From: Thermoplasmata archaeon
GTDB lineage: Archaea; Thermoplasmatota; Thermoplasmata; Halarchaeoplasmatales; Halarchaeoplasmataceae
DNA: 56,563 nt
Reading direction: 5' to 3'
Assembly: GCA_003553085.1 (NCBI GenBank)
Contig: PUPH01000155.1
Span: 1 to 56,563, forward strand
Below the pieces are notes generated by a model. It had not been told where the DNA came from and searched no databases. It was given only the letters and a program-made list of their open reading frames with translations. This document shows positions 36,784-44,829 of this stretch, one piece after another; positions within the stretch are counted from its first letter, which is position 1; the number at the start of each line of letters is the position of its first letter. The position numbers and the translations under genes were made by a program.

Positions 36784-37617
36784 TTGGAGATACACTTGAA
36801 AAGAGAAGACATAAAGGTCGCCGTGGTAAGGATCGAAGGTACCAACTGTGAAGAGGAATCGTACCTAGCGTTCAAAAGATTGGGTGCCGATGCAGAAAAG
36901 GTGCATCTTAAACAGTTCACAGGGGAGGACGTCAGTTCACAGGAAAAAAGGGAGTTGGAAGACTACGATATATTGATGATCCCGGGTGGATTCTCTTCAG
37001 GAGATTACATTCGAGCAGGGGTCATCTTTGGTGCAAGATTTAAAAGTGCTCTAAAAAACGAGTTGATAGACTTTGCAGGTTCCGGTAAACCCATCTTAGG
37101 TGTATGCAACGGATTCCAGGTCCTGGTGGAGATGGGGGTTCTTCCAGCGGTTGACGGAGAGATCACCGACGTTCCACAGGCGGTCCTGGCAACCAACGAC
37201 AGCAGTAAGTTCGAATGCAGACCCAGTTTGCTCAAGGTTGAAGATGACTCAAAATGTGTGTTCACCAGAGAGTACGAAAAAGGAGAAACTGTTGTCTTCC
37301 CGAGTGCACATGCGGAAGGTAAATTCCTTGTAAGGGACGATGAAACACTCAGAAAGCTGAAGAAGAACGGTCAGATCGTCTTTAAATACACATCTCCTGA
37401 TGGAGAACCCTTAGATTATCCATGGAATCCGAACGGATCTATAGAGGATATAGCAGGTATATGTAATCCAACTGGCAACGTTCTTGGATTGATGCCTCAC
37501 CCGGAGAGGGTCTTTTATGATCATACCAATCCAGACTGGACAAGAGGAAAAAGGGGTAGAGGCGACGGAAAACCGCTGTTCGAATCGGTTTTGAACTACG
37601 TGGAGAACGAATTCTGA
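36784..37617 (+). CDS. purQ: phosphoribosylformylglycinamidine synthase I (glutaminase subunit)
   Basis: KVAVVRIEGTNCEEE, PGGFSSGDY, GVCNGFQVL and MPHPER. The start is TTG 36784 or TTG 36796. Confidence 0.9.
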   Translation: MEIHLKREDIKVAVVRIEGTNCEEESYLAFKRLGADAEKVHLKQFTGEDVSSQEKRELEDYDILMIPGGFSSGDYIRAGVIFGARFKSALKNELIDFAGSGKPILGVCNGFQVLVEMGVLPAVDGEITDVPQAVLATNDSSKFECRPSLLKVEDDSKCVFTREYEKGETVVFPSAHAEGKFLVRDDETLRKLKKNGQIVFKYTSPDGEPLDYPWNPNGSIEDIAGICNPTGNVLGLMPHPERVFYDHTNPDWTRGKRGRGDGKPLFESVLNYVENEF

Positions 37618-38000
37618 ATCATGAGTTCAACGAGGTGACCGTCTTGAAGTCCCAGTTCATCCCTTAAATTTTTATCAGATATGATCTCGGCGACATCATG
37701 GTATGAACTCTTCTCAGGTATGACTAGATAACATCGAACGTCTTCTATATTTGCTGGAAACACTCGTACACGACCATATTCTTTACCTTGCTCTATGAAT
37801 GGTTCTAAAATAACACAGTCGTTGGATCTAGTTAACTCTTGATATCGCTTTGCACTCTCTTCGTCCAACTCTATGTTCATGGTCCCCTCTACCGGCTCGA
37901 TATCCAACTTGCTCTTGAATTGTTCTTTGTATCCAAATAGAGATAGGAAGAAACTCCCTCTACCCAATCCAGATACTACCTTACCTTTAAGCAACATCAA
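37596..38000 (-). CDS. ribK: CTP-dependent riboflavin kinase (archaeal)
   Basis: LKGKVVSGLGRGSFFLSL..YKEQF...L.IEPVEGTMNIEL matches the archaeal RibK N-terminus. Its 3' end overlaps the purQ 3' end by 22 nt (convergent). Confidence 0.85.
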   Translation of the reverse strand: MMLLKGKVVSGLGRGSFFLSLFGYKEQFKSKLDIEPVEGTMNIELDEESAKRYQELTRSNDCVILEPFIEQGKEYGRVRVFPANIEDVRCYLVIPEKSSYHDVAEIISDKNLRDELGLQDGHLVELMIQNSFST

Positions 38001-38347
38001 TACTCACCATCTACCTCCAGATAAGCTTTCTCTCGGAGGTACGCCACGGGTATATCTTCATCCCTGGCCCGACTTCGTAACTCCGCATCGTTCGTTATGA
38101 GTACGGCTTTCAGCTCTAGAGCGGCCTGTAGTACGCCTTCGTCCCGTTCCTTATCGACCTCGTATATTTCGTACTTGTCCGCTAACATCAAAGCGTCCTT
38201 CCTCTTCAACGTTCTTAGCTCCTTAATAACGGATGAAGGGACATATACTTCAGGATCACCGAACAGCCTTGTGATCTCGAAATCTATGTTTATGTTGAAC
38301 TGAAAGGGCATCATCAATGCGTTGGTGTCGAGCACTACTGAATTCAT
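37997..38347 (-). CDS. PIN-domain protein (Fcf1/Utp24-like archaeal family)
   Basis: VVLDTNALMMPFQF, VPSSVIKEL and LITNDAEL. It has 4-nt ATGA-type overlaps with both cysC (upstream) and ribK (downstream). Confidence 0.75.
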   Translation of the reverse strand: MNSVVLDTNALMMPFQFNINIDFEITRLFGDPEVYVPSSVIKELRTLKRKDALMLADKYEIYEVDKERDEGVLQAALELKAVLITNDAELRSRARDEDIPVAYLREKAYLEVDGEY

Positions 38348-38925
38348 GATATGTATCCTTCTTTTACTAGGTAGTCGATCACGTTCTGAACGCTTTCTTC
38401 TATGTTTTCCTTATGGGTTTCCAGCACTATCTCCGGCTCTTCCGGCTCCTCGTAGGGATCGGAAATACCTGTGAAATTTTTGATCTCTCCGTTCCTAGCC
38501 TTCTCGTACAGCCCCTTGACATCTCTTTCCTCACATACTTCCACCGGACACTTCACGAAAACTTCGATGAAGTTAGTCACCATATCTCGTGTTTTCCCCC
38601 TTCGTTCCCGATAGGGTGATATGAAGGAGGCTAAAACCGCGACACCGTTCCTGGAGAGTAACTTTGCAACGAAACTGACCCTTTCTATGTTCATATCACG
38701 GTCCTCTTTGGTAAAACCGAGGTCGGATGTTAGATGCTGTCTGACTATGTCCCCATCAAGGCGTTCCACCGATTCACCGAATTCATCTTCCAGTCTAATA
38801 GCCACCCGTTCGGCCACCGCCGACTTACCGGAACCCGACAGTCCGGTGAACCAAAGTGTGTAGCCATCCTTGATATTCTTCTTATCCCAATGCTGTTCGT
38901 TTGCAATTATGTTTTCATTAACCAT
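38344..38925 (-). CDS. cysC: adenylyl-sulfate (APS) kinase
   Basis: LWFTGLSGSGKSAVA, LDGDIVRQHLTSDLGFTKEDRDMNIERV and SFISPYR. Confidence 0.9.
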   Translation of the reverse strand: MVNENIIANEQHWDKKNIKDGYTLWFTGLSGSGKSAVAERVAIRLEDEFGESVERLDGDIVRQHLTSDLGFTKEDRDMNIERVSFVAKLLSRNGVAVLASFISPYRERRGKTRDMVTNFIEVFVKCPVEVCEERDVKGLYEKARNGEIKNFTGISDPYEEPEEPEIVLETHKENIEESVQNVIDYLVKEGYIS

Positions 38926-38944
38926 CTTATCATACCTCTCACGA

Positions 38945-39934
38945 TCACAACTTCTTGATCACTTCATCCAGTATCTCATCTTCCTGCTCGGTGGGGATCA
39001 CCATCCCCACCACATCCTCCTTACCACCTGCGGAGTGACCTTTGTTTCGAACGTATTCGATGATCTCTTTGGAGTTCGGTATAGCACCTCTGATGTACAC
39101 CTGTGTTTCCCCTGGATGAAAGGAAGGGTTCGTTACCATGACGATATCGTCGTCCGATCTGCTCCATGAGATCTTTCTTGTCACAGTAGAGATGATGTTG
39201 TATGGTGTTTTCAACCTCAGCCTGTATAGGTTCTCTTTCGATCTGGTCAGCTCTCTTTTCGACAACCGCTCGATGGTCTCTTCAAGCTTCTCAAGGTTCT
39301 CTTTCAGATCTTTTCTAGACAAGATCTCGTTGGGGTGTGTAACGTCCATCAGGAACCAGGGGAACTCCCTGATCGATTTTCTATCACCCAATTTATGAAG
39401 GGTGTCCATCATGTGAACGCATCTCAGCATGTCGTCGAATCCTACCTTAAAAGAATCCATCAATGGCTGTATAACATTCATTGCTCTTTCGTTCTCTTTC
39501 AGCTTGGTCTCTCTATCACCGAAGGCTCCTAGTATGGTAAGGATATCCGGTTCTAGCTCTAAGTATTCAGTAACCACCCAGGAACAGCTCGGATATTCTT
39601 TAGGAGTTTTTCCGGATATTATCGGGTTATGATGCATTTCTACATCGTGCCTTTCCTGTATATGGTGATCGAATATGTGGACTCCGCCGAATCCTTTCAA
39701 GAATTCGATAGAGTCCTTCGGTAAAGCCATGTCGGCAACGATGGTGTGATCCGGGTCCAACTTCCGGATCTCTTCTTTGTCTTCCTCGTTCAAGAGGTAG
39801 TTACCGATGGTTGGGGTAAAAGTTTCGTAAGTGCCTTCTAAACACCTAAGCAATATCGCTGCAGAAGACATACCATCGGCATCCCAGTGATGTAGGAGCA
39901 AACCAGGTTCCTCAGTTTCGTTCTCTTTGGCCAT
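38945..39934 (-). CDS. DHH-family phosphoesterase (candidate pAp phosphatase/nanoRNase)
   Basis: LLHHWDADGMSSAAIL (DHH motifs I-II) and HIFDHH (motif III). It sits between sat and cysC. Confidence 0.75.
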   Translation of the reverse strand: MAKENETEEPGLLLHHWDADGMSSAAILLRCLEGTYETFTPTIGNYLLNEEDKEEIRKLDPDHTIVADMALPKDSIEFLKGFGGVHIFDHHIQERHDVEMHHNPIISGKTPKEYPSCSWVVTEYLELEPDILTILGAFGDRETKLKENERAMNVIQPLMDSFKVGFDDMLRCVHMMDTLHKLGDRKSIREFPWFLMDVTHPNEILSRKDLKENLEKLEETIERLSKRELTRSKENLYRLRLKTPYNIISTVTRKISWSRSDDDIVMVTNPSFHPGETQVYIRGAIPNSKEIIEYVRNKGHSAGGKEDVVGMVIPTEQEDEILDEVIKKL

Positions 39935-39944
39935 AGTGGTTCAC

Positions 39945-41102
39945 CTACTCGACGAACTTCGGGTCCGCATCTATCACTATCCGAGCCACTTCCGGCCTCA
40001 TCATATGTTCGGGAGGTATCTTACCCTCCATAAGTATCTTCCTCATCTTGGTCCCGCTGAAGTTCTCCCGATGCTCTTCTCCATGGGGGCAAATGAAACC
40101 ATCGACGGCACCGCCGCATTTCTCGCAGTATGTGAATGATTTGAAGAAAACGGGCGTGATATCCAGGTCTGGGAACCGGTCAAATATATCCTGGGCGGCA
40201 TAGGGGCCATAGTGATCGCCTACACCTGCATGATCCCTACCCACGATGAAATGGGTGCATCCGAAGTTCTTTCGCAGGATCGCATGGAAGATGGCTTCCT
40301 TGGGCCCGGCGTATCTCATCTCGGCTTGCAATATACTCATCACCGCTCGGTTCTTTAGATAGTAGTTATCCATGAGTGTTTGATAGGAGTCCAATATCAC
40401 CTCGTCCAGGTAATCACCAGTTTTCTTCTCACCTATGATCGGGTTGATGAATATTCCGTCAACGAAGGTGAGAGCGGTCTTCTGCACGTATTCATGCCCT
40501 AGATGGGGTACGTTTCTCGTCTGAAAACCTACCACCGTTCTCCATCCCTTCTCTTTGAAGAGGACTCTTGTCTCTATCGGCCGTAGGTTGTAATTTTGAA
40601 AGCCGGAATCGGTCTCGTTTATCTGTGTTATCTCTCCACCGATGAGGAAGTCATCCATGTTTCTGACCTTTTGTACTCCAGGATGAGCCTCGTTCGTTGT
40701 ACCGTAAACGCTCTCAGCCATGTGATCCTTATCGTATCCGTAGATCTCTTCGATGGACATCATGGCGAAACTGGCACCCGTTTCGGTCTGTAGTATGATC
40801 TCCTCTTCCCGCTTCAGTTCATCAGCGGTTGCTTTGTCCACATCAAGAGTTATCGGGATGGTCCAAGGGATGTCGCTTGACAACCTATCGTGATGAAGTA
40901 CGTTCTCGAAGTCATCCCTGCAAAGGAATCCTTCTAATGGACTGTAAACACCGGAGGCGATGTTCTCTACATCCTTTCTCAATCCACCGTTCAGTTTAAG
41001 GGTGGTCATACTCTCCGCTTCTTCCAGAAGACGTTCCTTCTTACTGCTGGAAACGATCCTATTTATCAGCGTTCCGCCGTGGGGTTTTGGCATCTTGAAC
41101 AC
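39945..41102 (-). CDS. sat: sulfate adenylyltransferase (ATP sulfurylase)
   Basis: PHGGTLINR, VGFQTRNVPHLGHEY and HFIVGRDHAGVG. Confidence 0.9.
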   Translation of the reverse strand: MFKMPKPHGGTLINRIVSSSKKERLLEEAESMTTLKLNGGLRKDVENIASGVYSPLEGFLCRDDFENVLHHDRLSSDIPWTIPITLDVDKATADELKREEEIILQTETGASFAMMSIEEIYGYDKDHMAESVYGTTNEAHPGVQKVRNMDDFLIGGEITQINETDSGFQNYNLRPIETRVLFKEKGWRTVVGFQTRNVPHLGHEYVQKTALTFVDGIFINPIIGEKKTGDYLDEVILDSYQTLMDNYYLKNRAVMSILQAEMRYAGPKEAIFHAILRKNFGCTHFIVGRDHAGVGDHYGPYAAQDIFDRFPDLDITPVFFKSFTYCEKCGGAVDGFICPHGEEHRENFSGTKMRKILMEGKIPPEHMMRPEVARIVIDADPKFVE

Positions 41103-41109
41103 CTGTGAT

Positions 41110-41334
41110 CTAATCTAGATATCCCAGAGCTCGCAGACGTTCTTTTACCTTCTCCTCGTCCTCTTTGGAGAAGCCTTCCTGCTGCTCTTCCTCTTCGATG
41201 CTGGATATCACCTGACGCAGTACGTAGGTGACGTAGCTGGAGATGGACGTGAAGCCCGTGCCTTCCATCCTTTTCTTGATCTTCTTTGCCAATGGGATCG
41301 GTATCGAAACCGTCGTGTATTTCTTTTCTGTCAT
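41110..41334 (-). CDS. ribbon-helix-helix (CopG-like) DNA-binding protein
   Basis: 74 aa. The N-terminal TTVSIPIPLAKKIKKRMEGTGFTSISSYVTYVLRQV fits a beta-alpha-alpha RHH fold and is followed by an acidic tail. It is the first gene of the sat cluster. Confidence 0.7.
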   Translation of the reverse strand: MTEKKYTTVSIPIPLAKKIKKRMEGTGFTSISSYVTYVLRQVISSIEEEEQQEGFSKEDEEKVKERLRALGYLD

Positions 41335-41347
41335 GATATATCACCAT

Positions 41348-41366
41348 ATTTAATTAGATTTAATTA
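41348..41366. promoter_or_regulatory. tandem ATTTAATTA direct repeat (10-bp phase) upstream of the RHH gene
   Basis: ATTTAATTA at 41348..41356 and again at 41358..41366, which is 14-32 nt upstream of ATG 41334. Candidate TATA box and/or RHH operator. Confidence 0.4.
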
Positions 41367-41459
41367 ACTATCATTAAGATGTTTTATTTATAGTTTTTGT
41401 TCAGCCCTATGTTATCTGCACATACATTTTATTACTATCCACCACACTTGTATATCACG

Positions 41460-44400
41460 ATGGTTCTACACACGGAGCATGAACTCCCCTTGGTTGGTAG
41501 GGAGGAGGAAACATCCCTATTCTCAAAACAGATCCAAAGAACTTTAGAAGGATGCGGTGGAACCCTCTCTGTCTCCGGTGAGGCAGGGATCGGTAAAACC
41601 CGTCTGGTACGGGAGTTCGTACGACAGGCTGTGGATAACGGTTTCAAGGTGGTTGATGGTGCGGCGGATAAGCACTCGTTCAAGCCGTTTCAAATGTTAG
41701 TCAACGCCCTCCAAGAAGAAAGTTCCGAGCCGATCCTACGGGAGGAGGAAAGCACTTCCTTCTCTGAAATATTTGCAGTCAATGATGCCGGGATGCTTTT
41801 GGCCACTGCACGGCCGGAAGATGAGGATGAGATCGATGGAGACATATTCGCCGGTATGTTGTCCGCCATACAGAACTTCGTCAAGGATTCTTTCGATCGC
41901 TCGGGAGAATCGAAGGCGGGATTGGGAAGGTTAGAGTACGGAGATATGAAGATACTCATCGAACACGGTAAAAGTATCTACGTTGCAGCGGTCATAAAGG
42001 GGAAGGAACATCCGGAGATGAAACATACACTCGGCCGAACGGTGAAACAGATAGAGAGGGAGTACGCCGAGATGCTGGAAGATTGGAGCGGTGATATGGA
42101 GGAGATGGCCTGTGTGCAGGATAAGATATCTTCCCTATCCATGATCAAGTACTCCGTCCGTAAGGACTTCGAAGGTGTAAAGCTGGAGAACGAACGTCTG
42201 CGGATAGCCGATGATGTATTAGAACTCTTGAAAGATATGAGCAGGGAACGTCCGCTCATGCTGCTGCTCGAAGACCTGCACTGGGCGGATGAGTCATCCC
42301 TGTTCGTCATGGACTATATATCTAGGAACATAGGCGACCACGGTGTTCTCACCGTATGTACCCGGCGTCCAGAGGAAGGAGAGGCTGCGGAACGGACGGT
42401 AAAAGGTCTAGATGAGGACGGGTTGATCACACTGATGAAGTTACAGAAACTGACCGCCGATGATCTGAAGTTACTGGTGGATGAACTATATACACCTAAC
42501 GATTTCCCTGAAGACCTCATCGAGAGGCTCTCGAAAGAATGCCAGGGTAACCCGTTCTTCGTCATAGAGATGTTGAAGCAGATGGAACAGGAGGGGCACA
42601 TGGGCATTATCGATGGTACCTATAAGATGGTGACAGAAACCTTCACCATTCCATCCAGCGTAGAAGAAGTTGTCTATCGTCGTTTGGAGCTGTTGGACCC
42701 GGAGTCCATCGAGCTGGTCGAGTACGCATCCTGCGAGGGAGGGGTGATCGATAGGAGGATACCAAAGTGGTTCGATAGGGTTTCAGACATAAACTACACG
42801 ATGCAGAACCTCATGGATTCAGGGATATTGGTCCAAGATGCTGACCGATACGCATTCAGTCACGCCATCTTCAGAGATGTTATATATACCAGCCTTTCCC
42901 GGTGGTGGAAAAACAACTATCACCGTTCCCTGGGAGCCTTCTACGAGACAAACTACCACGATGATCTCTCAGAAGTGTATTATGAACTGGCTAGACATTT
43001 TTCTAACACCAACCAGCACGAAAAGGCACACGATTATTCATATAAAGCCGGTGAGAAAGCCGAATCAACGCTTGCGGCGGAGCAGGCCATCGACTTCTAC
43101 CAGATAGCGTACGACGTTTTAGAACATCTGCATCTACCCGAGGGAAAGAAAGAACGTAGATGCGATCTACTCGATAGGATAGGCGATATGAAAGGGCTGT
43201 TGGGAGATTACAAAGAGGCGAAAGGGTACTACCTCCATGGGTTGGAGCTTTCTCCCCCGGATACCACCAAGGCCCTCCTTCACCGTAAGCTGGGCAACGT
43301 TTTCATGGTCATAGGAGAGTACGACAGAGGGATCCAAGAATGTGACACCGCTTTAGCTCTACTGGAGTCGGACGATCCCGAGGTAATGAGGGTAAACCGG
43401 GTCAAGGGAAGGACGTACATGAGAAAGGGCGATTACGACGACGCCAAGCATCTGTTAGAAGAGGGTCTGAGCCTGGCGAAGGACATGGGAGATGATGGGG
43501 AGATCGCTGAGATCAAGCACAACATGGGCACCGTGGAATGGTACAAAGGTAACTACGACGACGCACTGACACATCTGGAAGAGGCTCTGGAAATAAGAAA
43601 GGAGATCCAAGACCATCGCGGAATGGCCCGGACTTCCACTAACATCGGTATCGTCCATTACTCCAAAGGTGAGCTGAACAAGTCCATAGAATACTACCGG
43701 GACGCACTCACATCCTTCGAGAAGATCGGAGATCGATTGAACACCGCTTCTGCCTTTGGGAACATAGGTATGGCCTTTCTAAAACTCGGCAGACTGGACG
43801 AGTCGCTGGAATACTTCAACCACTGTAAAGATACCTTTGAGATGGTCGGAGATAAAGGCAGCGCTGCTACAGCACTCAATAATATAGCATTGGTTTACGA
43901 GAAAAAAGGCGATATCGAGAATGCACTAATATTCCACAAAAAGGCCTATAGTAACCGGGAAAAGATAGGAGACAAGATGGGGATGGCGATGTCTTTGGTT
44001 AATATCGGGGGTGCACAGGGCGATTATGGGGATGTCGATATGGCTATTGACAACCTTAACAAATCTATAGATATGTATATCAACATAGGTGATAAAGAAG
44101 GAGTTTTATCACCGATGAATAACCTCGGGAGCATATTTAGAAAGGAGGGAAATATTGACAAAGCACTCGAGTATCACAAAGAAGCTGCAGATATCGCTGA
44201 ATCGGTCGGTTCGATAGATCGTGCGTGTGAGATCTATTTCGAGCTCGTTCAGGATGAGATATATACCCAAGATGTCGAAAAAGCGATGGTATATGCACAC
44301 AGAGTGTTTGAACATGCAGAAAAGACAGGTTCGGATAAGCTCCTTGGATATGGTCATCAGGCCTTGGGCATGGTCTATCGAGAAATGGAAAAATGGGATG

Positions 44401-44627
44401 AGGCGAAAGAGGAATTCGAAGCCGCGAGATCGATGTTGAGGGCGGCGGGCGATGATGTCGATCTGAGCAGGTTGTTATACGAATACGGTGTTCTCTGGAT
44501 GAGACAAGGTGAAAAGGTAGAGGCGTCAAGGTATCTTGAAGAGGCTTTGGAGATACAACAGAAGATGGGATTGAAGAGTGATGCTGAGAAGACGAAAGGG
44601 GCTATCTCGGATCTCGACGAGATATAA
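41460..44627 (+). CDS. AAA_16/STAND-like ATPase with inserted roadblock/longin-like module and long TPR array (paralog 3)
   Basis: Track ORF trimmed to ATG 41460 (MVLHTEHELPLVGREEE). Walker A GEAGIGKT and Walker B LMLLLEDLHWADES are separated by about 220 aa, versus about 95 aa in paralogs 1 and 2. At least 12 TPR-like repeats follow in the C-terminal half. Confidence 0.85.
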   Translation: MVLHTEHELPLVGREEETSLFSKQIQRTLEGCGGTLSVSGEAGIGKTRLVREFVRQAVDNGFKVVDGAADKHSFKPFQMLVNALQEESSEPILREEESTSFSEIFAVNDAGMLLATARPEDEDEIDGDIFAGMLSAIQNFVKDSFDRSGESKAGLGRLEYGDMKILIEHGKSIYVAAVIKGKEHPEMKHTLGRTVKQIEREYAEMLEDWSGDMEEMACVQDKISSLSMIKYSVRKDFEGVKLENERLRIADDVLELLKDMSRERPLMLLLEDLHWADESSLFVMDYISRNIGDHGVLTVCTRRPEEGEAAERTVKGLDEDGLITLMKLQKLTADDLKLLVDELYTPNDFPEDLIERLSKECQGNPFFVIEMLKQMEQEGHMGIIDGTYKMVTETFTIPSSVEEVVYRRLELLDPESIELVEYASCEGGVIDRRIPKWFDRVSDINYTMQNLMDSGILVQDADRYAFSHAIFRDVIYTSLSRWWKNNYHRSLGAFYETNYHDDLSEVYYELARHFSNTNQHEKAHDYSYKAGEKAESTLAAEQAIDFYQIAYDVLEHLHLPEGKKERRCDLLDRIGDMKGLLGDYKEAKGYYLHGLELSPPDTTKALLHRKLGNVFMVIGEYDRGIQECDTALALLESDDPEVMRVNRVKGRTYMRKGDYDDAKHLLEEGLSLAKDMGDDGEIAEIKHNMGTVEWYKGNYDDALTHLEEALEIRKEIQDHRGMARTSTNIGIVHYSKGELNKSIEYYRDALTSFEKIGDRLNTASAFGNIGMAFLKLGRLDESLEYFNHCKDTFEMVGDKGSAATALNNIALVYEKKGDIENALIFHKKAYSNREKIGDKMGMAMSLVNIGGAQGDYGDVDMAIDNLNKSIDMYINIGDKEGVLSPMNNLGSIFRKEGNIDKALEYHKEAADIAESVGSIDRACEIYFELVQDEIYTQDVEKAMVYAHRVFEHAEKTGSDKLLGYGHQALGMVYREMEKWDEAKEEFEAARSMLRAAGDDVDLSRLLYEYGVLWMRQGEKVEASRYLEEALEIQQKMGLKSDAEKTKGAISDLDEI

Positions 44628-44829
44628 TCTAAAAAATAAAAGAAGAGGTTTCAGTCGATAGATGTATAGCCATTTGAGCGAAATAAACACTCTTTGAGTA
44701 AGAAGAAAAACACTTCTCCATCATCGCATGTTGGGAATATGCTTATCGGTTTAATTTCCGCACCCAATGAGCCCATGTTTACCATCAGGATAGTGGGATA
44801 TCTGTACCACCGTCATCGGAGTGTAGTAT

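Noticed and set aside
41066-41347. 93-aa minus-strand ORF overlapping the RHH gene.
   Set aside because: It is an alternative frame with Arg/Gly/His-rich composition. The 74-aa frame gives a clean RHH fold pattern and is preferred.
44628-44829. Possible box C/D sRNA on the minus strand of the convergent intergenic region (GATGATGG ... CTGA about 70 nt apart).
   Set aside because: The C box is imperfect. There are no C'/D' boxes, no terminal stem and no obvious promoter. The pattern is compatible with chance.
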